A stretch of 64,000 nucleotides of DNA from an uncultured Methanoregulaceae archaeon (GTDB taxonomy: Archaea > Halobacteriota > Methanomicrobia > Methanomicrobiales > Methanospirillaceae). A program made the position numbers and the translations under genes. How positions within the stretch are numbered: position 1 is the first letter of the stretch; every line of letters begins with the position of its first letter. Of this stretch, positions 23,640 through 32,832 are shown in pieces. The stretch lies in contig OY970343.1 in assembly GCA_963717525.1 (NCBI GenBank), positions 544,001 to 608,000 of the forward strand. Direction: 5' to 3'. The notes beneath the pieces are model-generated. The model searched no databases. It was not told the origin of the DNA and saw only the letters and a list, made by a program, of their open reading frames with translations.

Positions 23640-24430
23640 GGCGGCACCCTGATTTCCGGGTAGCATCCCAGGTTACGGACCGTGGTGATCTCTTTTAGTT
23701 CCCGGAGCGCCTCGTCCGTGCACCCGCTGACCGCGTAGTCAAGGAAAAAGACATATTTTCCCATGCCCCTTTTTGACGGCCTTGACTCGATCCGGGTGAG
23801 GTTGATCTTCTTCCTGGCAAAGACGCCAAGAAGGTCGTAGAGCAGACCGGCCCGGTCGGTGTCGGTGTCGATCAGGATGCTGCACTTTCCCGCCCGGCAG
23901 TCCGGGACGGATGTCTGCGAGATCCTCACAAACCGGGTCGTGTTCTCCGGGTTGTTCTCCACATGTTCAACGATCACCGGGATGTGGTAGATAGCGGCTG
24001 CCGAGACCGAGAGGATCGCCCCGGCGTTCGGGGTCTTTTTGGCCTCGATCGCGCTCGACGCGTTGCTGCTCGTATGGATCACCGGCACCTCCCGCCACTG
24101 CTCGATCCACCCGCTGCACTGCTCGTGGGTCTGCGGGTGAGCGTAGATCACGCGGATCTTTTCGAGCGGGACAAGGGAAGCGAGGCTATGGTGGATAGGC
24201 ATGTACATCTCCGCGGTGATCGAGAGGGGGTATTTGGTCAGGCCGTCAAGGGTCTCGCCCACCCCGCCGGCCTCGGAGTTCTCGATCGGGACGATGCCAT
24301 CTCCCCGCCCGGCTGCTACGCCCGCAAAGATGCTGTGGATGGTCGGCTCGAGAATAACGGGTTCGCACCCGAGCCGGAGCGCGAGCTCGTGGGAGAACGT
24401 CCCTTCGGGGCCGAGGGTGATGACGGTCAT
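23636..24430 (-). CDS. pheA: Prephenate dehydratase with ACT domain
   Basis: LGPEGTFS, VPIENS, NTTRF and NLTRIESRP motifs. Confidence 0.94.
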   Translation of the reverse strand: MTVITLGPEGTFSHELALRLGCEPVILEPTIHSIFAGVAAGRGDGIVPIENSEAGGVGETLDGLTKYPLSITAEMYMPIHHSLASLVPLEKIRVIYAHPQTHEQCSGWIEQWREVPVIHTSSNASSAIEAKKTPNAGAILSVSAAAIYHIPVIVEHVENNPENTTRFVRISQTSVPDCRAGKCSILIDTDTDRAGLLYDLLGVFARKKINLTRIESRPSKRGMGKYVFFLDYAVSGCTDEALRELKEITTVRNLGCYPEIRVPP

Positions 24431-25251
24431 TTCTTCACCATGCACTCTATCAAAGCGTCGGTGAGCTCCAGCCCGCGTTCGCAGTAGGTGCCGAGATGCC
24501 GGGTGTCGCGGGAGAAGAATTCGGCAAACGCTGCAGGATCACCGCCCTGGACGATCTCCGAGAGTTCCCCGGCTGCCGACCGGCACGCAGCGAGCACCCC
24601 GGGCACAAACGGGTTTTCCTGGAGTATATCGGCATAGAGCGCCGGGTCCTGAGAGAGAGCCGGCCTACGAGCGAGAGCTCGATCTGGTACACCGGGCTCA
24701 TGAACGGTCCGGTCTTCCCTATGTCAATGCCCAGCCGTGCGGATGGAGTCAGCCATGCATATCGTGACAAAGTGGGTGAGCCCCTGGACGATGGCCATCA
24801 TCCGGTCGTGCTCCTCCGGTGTTGCGATCGTGCAGACGGCCCCCTCGTGCAGGAAGATTCCCCTGAGGTCGGAAAGCATCGTCCCGGTTATCCGCGCCGG
24901 GCACATGATGATGGTCTGGCGTGCAATGGACGAGAGCGTCGGCCCGAACATCGGGTGGAGCCCGATGACCTGAGCCTCCGACTTAAGCATCGCCGCGACG
25001 GGGGCTACCTTGAGCGAGGTAAAATCGCAGAGAACCTGGTCTTTTCCGAGGAGCGGTGCGATCTCACCGATGACCCGCACGGTGTCGCGGATGGGCACAG
25101 AGACAATGACGAGATCGCAGGTCTCTGCGATGTCAGCATTCGTTACCGCTGTCGAACGCCCCGAGACTATCATCTCGTAGCCCGCCCGCTCAAAGACCGG
25201 GGCGAAGAGCTTTCCCATCTTCCCGGTGCCGCCGATGATGCCTGCCTTCAT
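24427..25251 (-). CDS. tyrA: Prephenate dehydrogenase (frameshifts in the 3' third)
   Basis: GIIGGTGKMG, DFTSLK, HPMFGP and EHDRMMAIVQGLTH motifs; TGA overlaps the pheA ATG. Confidence 0.88.
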
Positions 25252-25253
25252 GT

Positions 25254-26241
25254 TCACTTCTCGCGTATCGTCTCTTTGACCGGCATGCCAAAGTGCCTGC
25301 CGCCTTCGAGCGCACAGCCGAGGATCGTATGTCCCGGCGCAAGGTTCACGACCGAGATCGCACTCCCGTCGGGAGCCACGAGCCGGATCGTCTCTGCGTT
25401 CTGGAGGATCAGGCTCGCCTTGGCCCCTCCTCCCTCTGCCTCGACAAGGAGCAGTGGCCGGCGCTCGATTTTCGTCCTGCCTACAATAGCGGAACGGGCG
25501 GTGCCCCGGTGGTCGGCCACCAGCACCTGCCCCCCGATGGAGAGATCGGAGAGGTACGCGGTCTTCCCGTCAGGCATCAGGATGTATGCATGCACCGCGC
25601 CGGCGTTCACCCGGAACGGGCGGGGCGCGACGTACGGGTTTTCGAGCGTTTCGGCATGCACGAGGAGCATGGCAGACGAGGTGTTCCCCATCAGCATGCC
25701 GTCGCCATCGGCAAGCATCGAGCAGGTGTCCACGCAGACCCGGTCGCCCATGCCTACGGGCTGGATCTTTGTGACCGTGAAGGGTATGAGCTGCACGCTT
25801 CCGGAGGCGTTTTTTATGAGCGCCGCGACCGCCTTTACGACTGCGGGGTCTGTGGTTTTGAGGAGGATCCCGAACACGCCTTTTTCAAGAACGTGGAGAG
25901 CGAGCTCCGCCTCGTGAACGTTCTTTACGGCCGCGACGATCTTGTCCGACTGCGCGACCAGGTTTTCGAGCGGGATGACCGTCCAGTCGCTTGTCGTGAC
26001 GATGACGATCCGGTTCTTACCCTTCTGTGCCGCCTCGTTCTCGCTTGCCTTGTCGGTGATCGTGCACTCGATCACGTCTTTGCCCGGGAATGCGGTCGCC
26101 GTCAGGTGCGACGGTTGTTATCCGCCCGAGTCTTTTAACATCCCCGGCCCGGTCAGCCACGACCGCATCCGCACCGCTCTCGATGGCGGTCGTCACGATC
26201 TCCTTGTTCCACGGCCGGGCATCCACCCAGAACTGCTTCAT
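25254..26241 (-). CDS. aroB': 3-dehydroquinate synthase II, archaeal (frameshift near 26085)
   Basis: DWTVIPLENL, GDRVCVDTC, RPFRVNAGAVHAY and LQNAETIRL motifs. Confidence 0.92.
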
Positions 26242-27024
26242 TTATTGCTTCTCCAGCGCTTTCTTCGGGTCGACGTTGTGGTGGACAACGCGGCAGATAG
26301 ACTGGACAAAGGCCCGGGTATTGTCGCGCTGGAAGGCGTTCCTCCCCATGCAGACCCCGGCACCCCCGGCTGCGATCGATTCGCGGATCATCTCGAGCGA
26401 TTCAAGGTCGCTGCACTTCTCGCCGCCGGCGACAAAGACCGGCACCGAGCAGGCTTTCGTGATCCGGGCAAAGGCCTCGGCACTTCCCGGGTAACTGGTC
26501 TTTATCATGTCAGCGCCGAGCTCTTCTGCCACCCTGACGCACTGCCCGATGGTCTGGGGCGAGGTGGGGTCGATGCCCTTGCCCCGCGGGTAGATCATGA
26601 CCAGGAGCGGCATGCCCCAGCGGTTGCAGTCCCGGGCGATCTTCGCGCCGGACTCGAGCATCTTCGATTCGTTCGGGGCCCCGAGGTTGATGTGGATGGA
26701 GACCGCGTCGGCGCCAAGCGCGATGGCCTCTTCTACGGTGCAGACGAGGACCTTGTCGTTCGGGTCCGGGTTGAGCGAGGTGCTGCCCGAGAGGTGCACG
26801 AAAAGCCCGATGTCCCGGCCGTGCCGCCGGTGTCCTCTCTTGACCATGCCCTTGTGGAGGACGATTGCATTTGCCCCGCCCTCGCTCACATCAGTGATGA
26901 CTTTTGTCATGTCCAGGAGGCCGTCAATCTGGCCCATGGAAAACCCGTGGTCCATGGGAATTATCACGGCCCTCCCTGTGTTCCTGTCGATAATCCGTTC
27001 GATCCTGATATCCTTTCCAATCAT
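26242..27024 (-). CDS. aroA': DhnA-type class I aldolase, ADH synthase family, paralog 2
   Basis: PMDHG, HLSGST, YPRG, ADMIKT (Schiff-base Lys) and GRNAFQ motifs. Confidence 0.85.
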   Translation of the reverse strand: MIGKDIRIERIIDRNTGRAVIIPMDHGFSMGQIDGLLDMTKVITDVSEGGANAIVLHKGMVKRGHRRHGRDIGLFVHLSGSTSLNPDPNDKVLVCTVEEAIALGADAVSIHINLGAPNESKMLESGAKIARDCNRWGMPLLVMIYPRGKGIDPTSPQTIGQCVRVAEELGADMIKTSYPGSAEAFARITKACSVPVFVAGGEKCSDLESLEMIRESIAAGGAGVCMGRNAFQRDNTRAFVQSICRVVHHNVDPKKALEKQ

Positions 27025-27034
27025 GATTTCAACC

Positions 27035-27826
27035 TTATCCATTGAGAATCTTCAGCGCCTCTTCGACGCTCTTGTTCTGGTGCACGATACACGCTGCTGC
27101 CCGGACGAACTTGTCCGGCATCCGGTGCTGGAAGGCGTTCCGGCCGATCGAGATCCCGGCCGCACCGCCCGCCATCGCGCCTTCAATCAGTTCCAATGTT
27201 GTGCGGTCATCCGTCTTTGAACCTCCGGCGACCACGACCGGCACCGGGCAGCCCCGGGTCACTTCGCGGAAGGACTCGGGATCCCCGGTGTACACGGTTT
27301 TCACGATATCGGCCCCGAGCTCGGCTGCCACCCGTGCGGCGAGCTTCACCTGCTCGACATCGTTCTCCTTCTTGATATCTTTGCCCCGCGGGTACATCAT
27401 CGCGAGGAGCGGCATCCCCCATTCCATGCACTCGACCGCCACGTGCCCGAGGTCCTGGAGCATCCGCGCCTCGGACCCGGCCCCGATATTGACGTGCATC
27501 GAGACCGCGTCGGCGCCCATCTTCAGCGCGTTTGTCACCGAGTTTACGAGCACCTTCTCGTTCGGGTCCGGCCCAAGCGAGGTGGATGCCGACAGGTGCA
27601 GGATGAGCCCGATGTCGCGGCCACCCTGCCGGTGGCCGAAGAGGGCGAGACCCACGTGGCCGATCACCGCGTTTGCCCCGCCGTCCGCGACCAGGTTCAC
27701 GGTCTGGCCCATGTCGATCAGGCCGGGGATCGGCCCGTTCGACACCCCGTGATCCATCGGTACGATGACGGTCTTTTTCGTATTACGGTTCATGATTCTT
27801 TCCAGACGAATTTCTTTACCTCTCAT
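27035..27826 (-). CDS. aroA': DhnA-type class I aldolase, ADH synthase family, paralog 1
   Basis: PMDHG, HLSAST, YPRG, ADIVKT and GRNAFQ motifs; first gene of the operon, with GGAG SD. Confidence 0.87.
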   Translation of the reverse strand: MRGKEIRLERIMNRNTKKTVIVPMDHGVSNGPIPGLIDMGQTVNLVADGGANAVIGHVGLALFGHRQGGRDIGLILHLSASTSLGPDPNEKVLVNSVTNALKMGADAVSMHVNIGAGSEARMLQDLGHVAVECMEWGMPLLAMMYPRGKDIKKENDVEQVKLAARVAAELGADIVKTVYTGDPESFREVTRGCPVPVVVAGGSKTDDRTTLELIEGAMAGGAAGISIGRNAFQHRMPDKFVRAAACIVHQNKSVEEALKILNG

Positions 27827-27876
27827 AACAACAACTCCCCCTCCAGCCCTGATACAACAACCAGACGTGAAGGGAA

Positions 27877-28041
27877 TTACCGGTACCGGGGATAATACCC
27901 GAAACCGAAAAAGCCAAAAAAGCCAGAAACGCGATAGCCGATGCTTCTCGCGTTTACGCTTTCAGAAACGGCATTACTGATGCTAAAGATGGGTGCTGCG
28001 CTTTCAGAGATAAAGACATTCACGAGGGAAAAAACCCTCAC
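27877..28041 (-). CDS. Candidate Phe/Tyr-rich leader peptide of the aro operon (54 aa from GTG; may start at ATG 28066 with a +1 shift)
   Basis: [54 protein letters not shown]; stop is 50 nt before the aroA' ATG. Confidence 0.7.
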   Translation of the reverse strand: MRVFSLVNVFISESAAPIFSISNAVSESVNARSIGYRVSGFFGFFGFGYYPRYR

Positions 28042-28088
28042 GGGCGCTGTTGCACTCTTCCTGCATGATTATTGGTTGGAGCCGGGGG

Positions 28089-28095
28089 TATATAA
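28089..28095 (-). promoter_or_regulatory. Putative TATA box of the leader/aro operon transcript
   Basis: TTATATA on the minus strand, ending 22 nt before ATG 28066. Confidence 0.65.
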
Positions 28096-28261
28096 TTGTG
28101 CGTGCTAAGGAGTAGCATGGTGGGGGGAACCGGCCCATTTTATGGGCCAATCTCTCTTTTTCATATGAATCTCAAAATTTTCATTAGAATGTGAATAGCA
28201 TTATTAAATTATAATATTATCAAGTAAAATTTTGATTCAAAATCAAAACCAATTAAACAGA

Positions 28262-29038
28262 TTATAGATCTTTCCTTTTACTCCAAAGAAATTTGGCCAA
28301 TTGAATTCTTCCTTTATTTTTTGAATAATCCGACATATATATCGGTACCATTCGTATCATCTTTTCAAGTATTCTATAGAAAAATTTTTCAGAAATCGAT
28401 TTGATTATTAATAAAAATAAAAATCCCTTGAAAGTTTCATCTGGCCTAGAACATATTGAAGAATCCCAAATAAACAATCCAATTATTGTATCCTTTTTCT
28501 TATCAAAACCCAAGTCACTTAAATCTTCAACATTGATAAATAAATTTTCCATCATTTTTTTTAATAATTCTGCATTTAAAGACAGATAATACAGAATTAA
28601 ATTAAAAACAGCTGCAATAATACAGAAAATTGCTGAAGTATATGACATCAATTCAGAGAGATGAAAATAAAATGATCCTATGGAAATAATGAATAATGCA
28701 GGAATTATGCCTAAAGTAAATATTGCATCAAAATAACCAAAAATACTGCCAGAAATTTCTATGGATTTTCTCAGTCTAATTAAATGAGGTAATGATTTTT
28801 TTTGGGGATCAAATTTTTTTATATAATCTCCGCATTCAAAAATTTTACGATAATAGTCGTAATTCGAAGGAGATTTGTATTGCTGTTTTAGAGATTGTGG
28901 GGCTTTTAAAACAATGTTGGAGTATAATCGAATAAAATCTGCTCTAACGTTTAATTTCTCTTCAATTCGAAAAATAAAATTACATAGGTATCGATTTAGA
29001 CGATTAGTACAACTATCACAGTTGGTGTTATAGTCCAT
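28262..29038 (-). CDS. AT-rich orphan membrane protein (2 predicted TM helices)
   Basis: Intact 258-aa ORF in a markedly AT-rich stretch. Confidence 0.65.
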   Translation of the reverse strand: MDYNTNCDSCTNRLNRYLCNFIFRIEEKLNVRADFIRLYSNIVLKAPQSLKQQYKSPSNYDYYRKIFECGDYIKKFDPQKKSLPHLIRLRKSIEISGSIFGYFDAIFTLGIIPALFIISIGSFYFHLSELMSYTSAIFCIIAAVFNLILYYLSLNAELLKKMMENLFINVEDLSDLGFDKKKDTIIGLFIWDSSICSRPDETFKGFLFLLIIKSISEKFFYRILEKMIRMVPIYMSDYSKNKGRIQLAKFLWSKRKDL

Positions 29039-29074
29039 CGATTTTGTATTCCTTTTTCAGATAAATAACGATCT

Positions 29075-29168
29075 CTCCCCGCCTCAGGGCCCCTCTCGGG
29101 GCACGGCGGGGCGAGTGCGGTTTACCCTTCCTGATCCGCCGCGGGGGCGCCCCGTCGGGGGCGGCGGC
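29075..29168 (-). repeat. GC-rich structured dispersed repeat, family A copy 2
   Basis: Reverse complement of 583-676 with few differences; followed by a GGGGGCAACAGCCCCC hairpin. Confidence 0.9.
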
Positions 29169-29290
29169 ACATCTCTCCCGTGGGGGTGTGGGGGCAACAG
29201 CCCCCGCGATACCACAAGCTCCATAGATTCCCGGAACAGTCTGGCCCGCGACCTGGCCATTCCGAAAAAAGCCTGAGCCCCCGGTCTTTC

Positions 29291-30184
29291 TTACCGGTCC
29301 CCGACCACGGCATACACAAACGATGACGTAGTGAGGAGTTCCCGTCCTTCCTTCTTTCTGTTGAAATACAGGCGCCGGTAATCGTTCCCGGGCACAATCC
29401 GGAGCCGGGAAAAGCCTCGTGCGCGGAGAAACGCTCCCGGGCCTTCCTTTGGCATCGAAAACAAGATCGGTTCGCCGTGGCGGGCGGTATGTTTCCCGAG
29501 ATCTTCTCTCATCTCCCGGGATGAGGAATCCGTGTCACCGGTTTCCTCCGGATAATCAAAGAGCACGGCGCTATTTTTGCCGGAATTATTGACCACAAAG
29601 GACAGGATCGCATCAATGGCCGGGGGGGTAAGGTACATGATCACGCCTTCCATGACAAAAAGGGTCTTTTTCTCCGGGGAATACCCGGATTCCAAAAGAA
29701 GGCTGCCAAAGTCCTGCGTCTCAAAATCAACCGGGACATACACAACATCTTCGGGAAGCCCGCCAAAAATTTCCCGGATCTTCTCTTTTTTTACCTGCTG
29801 GGTATCGGGATGATCGAGCTCAAAGACCCGCACGCGGCCCGTAAATTCCTTGATCCGGTACGCCCGGGTATCATACCCCGCACCCAGGATCACCAGCTGG
29901 AGAAGCCCGGTCTTTGCCGCAAGCGTGATAACCTCGTCAAAATGCCGGGCCCGTGCAACAACATAATTCCGGAGCCCGGGGAAATGGTTGTCGGTATATT
30001 CTGTCAGTTCATCAAGGCGATCGGGATCAATAAACCGGATCGCGTACGGATCGTAGCATACCCGCAGGTCTTGCGGCAGCATCGATTCGGCTGCCCGGAA
30101 TGCGGCCACCCTCTTAGCAGTCCGGCTGGGCCCGGAGCGGGAGTGGTTACGGGCGGGATCACGGTCTCTCTCTGATCGTTCCAT
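29291..30184 (-). CDS. SAM-dependent methyltransferase (LCM/O-methyltransferase family)
   Basis: QLVILGAGYDTRAYR, FELDHP and EGVIMYL motifs. Confidence 0.88.
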   Translation of the reverse strand: MERSERDRDPARNHSRSGPSRTAKRVAAFRAAESMLPQDLRVCYDPYAIRFIDPDRLDELTEYTDNHFPGLRNYVVARARHFDEVITLAAKTGLLQLVILGAGYDTRAYRIKEFTGRVRVFELDHPDTQQVKKEKIREIFGGLPEDVVYVPVDFETQDFGSLLLESGYSPEKKTLFVMEGVIMYLTPPAIDAILSFVVNNSGKNSAVLFDYPEETGDTDSSSREMREDLGKHTARHGEPILFSMPKEGPGAFLRARGFSRLRIVPGNDYRRLYFNRKKEGRELLTTSSFVYAVVGDR

Positions 30185-30368
30185 AATAGAGCCATTTTTC
30201 CCGGAAGATAATGAGTTTTTTTATTGCGCCCTCCCAAGGGATACATCAAGCCGGGAGCGGCGGCACTCCTCGCTCATGGAGGCATCAGCCCCCCAAAACC
30301 GGATAAGGGGGAGAGGGGGTAATTCCCTCTTGAAAAAAAGTAGGGGTGGGGGGCAGGCCCCAGTCAGG

Positions 30369-30566
30369 TCAGGAAATTAGTATGCCACGAACTCTTGTCG
30401 CATACCATACCCCGAATCCGCTTACGATGGCAAAAAGGATGACTATGACTATGGTCAGTGCAGGCTGGCGGTCCGGGTGCGCTATCATATTGATGTATAT
30501 AGCCAGTCCCTCGATAAGGGAAAGGAGGACAAACATCATTGGTAAGTTATACTTCTTTTGCGTCAT
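30369..30566 (-). CDS. Small two-TM membrane protein
   Basis: MTQKKYNLPMMFVLL...; two hydrophobic helices. Confidence 0.5.
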   Translation of the reverse strand: MTQKKYNLPMMFVLLSLIEGLAIYINMIAHPDRQPALTIVIVILFAIVSGFGVWYATRVRGILIS

Positions 30567-30721
30567 GCTCTCTTCACACTTCGATATATACGCTGATTTT
30601 AAAGAATTAGGTATCTGTTCCTGCCACAAGGGTTACGATGTAAATTTATTTTACCGTCAGGCAGCAGAGAAGTGTACTCCCCCCCACACCATTTTTATCC
30701 CCAGCCCTCGGAAACAATCCT

Positions 30722-31373
30722 ATGAAACTCATCGCATTCAACGGGAGCCCCCGGAAAAAGAGGAACACCGCGACGCTCCTTGAACACGCATGCAAAGGCG
30801 CCAAATCAGAAGGGGCAAAGACCGAACTCATCCACTTGTACGACCTGGACTACAAGGGCTGCACCAGCTGCTTTGCCTGCAAGCGGATCGGCGGGAAGAG
30901 ATACGGGCACTGCGCTGTAAAAGACGATCTCCTGCCGGTCTTTAAAAAAGTCGAAGCAGCGGATGCGATCCTGGTGGGCTCGCCCATCTACTATTCGATC
31001 ACGACCGGTGAGACCCGGTGCTTCCTCGAACGACTGATGTTCCAATACTCTGTTTACGATAAAGAGCGGTCAACGCTCTTTGGCCGGAAGATCCAGACCG
31101 GGTTTATCTACACAGCCGGGGCAAAGGAGGAGATGGTGCGGGAGATGGGCTTTGACCGCAATGCACAGTCTGACCGAAATGGCGATGGCCCGGATCTTCG
31201 GGTCGTGCGAGTCGATGTTTGTCACCGATACGCTCCAGTTCGATGATTATTCGAAGTATGTCTCCACGCTCTTTGACCCGGCGGAGAAGAAGAAACACCG
31301 GGACGTGCAGTTCCCTAAAGACTGCAAGAAGGCATATGAGCTCGGGGCCCGGCTTGTTCACACAACGGCATGA
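30722..31373 (+). CDS. Iron-sulfur flavoprotein (Isf/flavodoxin-like; frameshift near 31165)
   Basis: NGSPRKKRNT, CTSCFAC-x8-C and GSPIY motifs; C-terminus in ORF 31080-31373. Confidence 0.85.
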
Positions 31374-31390
31374 AATTTTCCGGTGAGGAG

Positions 31391-31440
31391 TCGCCGCGGA
31401 GGAGTCCCTTGGGGGGCGGCTGGACTCCTCGCTTATGGGT
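31391..31440 (-). repeat. Degenerate family A fragment
   Basis: CGCCGCGGAGGAGTCCC...GGGGGCGGC..ACTCCTCGCT aligns with 29135-29170, 30251-30280 and 31795-31830. Confidence 0.55.
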
Positions 31441-31536
31441 GGAGGAGTACTCCATCACTTAATCCTATCCGGGCCCAAATTGGGCCCCGATTGGTATCTG
31501 ACCATGCCAAAAGAAGCCCGTATCGGGCTCCGTTTT

Positions 31537-31719
31537 AAAATAAGCCCAAATTAGCCTTATTTTTGCAATCGGACAAATTAAAACGTTCACATAAAGGTGA
31601 TTTGCGGGCCGTTTTTTGGTCCGGATGGGTTTTCTGTTGATCCTGAAAATAGTGGCCGCTTTAGGGGTCTCTATGGCCCGCTAATGGGCATTATATGGGG
31701 CTCAATTTGGGCTTATTTT
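31537..31719. repeat. Perfect 16-bp inverted repeat AAAATAAGCCCAAATT / AATTTGGGCTTATTTT
   Basis: Arms at 31537-31552 and 31704-31719. Confidence 0.8.
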
Positions 31720-31794
31720 TGCAAAAGGGGGAATATATGAGCTTTAAATTTCAGGGAAAACAATCGGGCGGTTTTACGGGCGTATTTTTGAGGA

Positions 31795-31830
31795 GCGCCC
31801 CGTCGGGAGCGGCGGCACTCCCCGCTCATG
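31795..31830 (-). repeat. Family A fragment
   Basis: GCGCCCCGTCGGGAGCGGCGGCAC matches 29147-29170 with one mismatch. Confidence 0.7.
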
Positions 31831-31878
31831 TTCATTGCCGGGCAGTCTCACGGGCCGTTTTTGGCTGAATAAAAAAGA

Positions 31879-32472
31879 TCAGGATCTTGACAGCATAAAC
31901 TGGTGAACGGACCAAGGCACGAGATAATAGAAGAACACCGTGGCTGCAACGATAAGCAGTATGACGACAGGGATAATAATGGCGAGTGCCGCCTTCCGGG
32001 TACTCAGGCTGCCAAGTTCGCGGATACCGTGAACATCGAGAACCAGCGACCAGATCGAAAAGAAAAAACCGATCCATGGGATCCATCCGTATACAAAAAA
32101 AGGGGTCATCCCGTACACGATCGCTTTTACGGTCTGCGCAAGCCCGTTCCTCCCGCCGAGGATCCAGACCCAGAGATGGACCCATACACTGAAAAGCAGC
32201 GTAAAAACCGTCCCCGCGATAAAGATTGAAATAATAGAAATGATTGATGCCAGCACCATTGCACCTGCCCCGGAAACGAATGATGTTCCAGGCAGGACAT
32301 GCGTGAAGGACCCGACAATTGCTGCAAAAACGACACTGAGAACGGCGAAAATCAAAAGGAGTGTGGAGAAATAGTGGCTCACGGTCTTTTCTGTATCGTC
32401 CCGCGATTCCCGGAATGCCTCACCGGGAGTAGAGAGAAATTTTCTGGCACGTGCGATGCCCGTGTCAAGCAT
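31879..32472 (-). CDS. Yip1-domain membrane protein
   Basis: LSTPGEAFRE, HLWVWILGG, YGMTP..GWIP and GIRELGSLS pattern; about 5 TM helices. Confidence 0.8.
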   Translation of the reverse strand: MLDTGIARARKFLSTPGEAFRESRDDTEKTVSHYFSTLLLIFAVLSVVFAAIVGSFTHVLPGTSFVSGAGAMVLASIISIISIFIAGTVFTLLFSVWVHLWVWILGGRNGLAQTVKAIVYGMTPFFVYGWIPWIGFFFSIWSLVLDVHGIRELGSLSTRKAALAIIIPVVILLIVAATVFFYYLVPWSVHQFMLSRS

Positions 32473-32832
32473 ACATGAACCAATGCCAGACAATTATTTA
32501 AACAAATGTACGACCCGCTCCTTTGAGAGCCGTGTACTAATTGACACATGATCCGCGGCCCGCAATTGTTGGAGGCGAGGGGTACCCCCTCCCGGGTTAA
32601 TGTATCGGTCCCGGGATACTTTGTTCCCGCACATCATGTTATACGCTGGCATAACCTATTATTATGTACATAAACGGTTTTGGGCATACATACGATCGCG
32701 CCCGATCCTGATGATCGAATACCAGCGATCCATGACCTCCCCGGTGAAATCTTTTTGTAGTAGTGATCGATTAAAAACCAGGCCCTGGTATCTTTTACCC
32801 TCTGGTCGAAGCAACATATCAAAGAGCAGACA

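Noticed and set aside
24496..25917. Long antisense ORFs (for example 473 aa here, and 25942-27045, 15059-16105, 12611-13822)
   Set aside because: Shadow ORFs of GC-rich coding strands
27765..27980. 71-aa plus-strand ORF over the aro leader
   Set aside because: It is antisense to the leader and aroA'; its K/R/Q richness just mirrors the Phe codons
27954..28019. Third-frame [24 protein letters not shown] in the leader
   Set aside because: It has no aromatic enrichment and stops before the control region; not excluded, but a poor leader candidate
31465..31790. Possible CRISPR array or replication origin
   Set aside because: No regular repeat-spacer pattern, no cas genes, and no recognisable ORB boxes or cdc6 nearby
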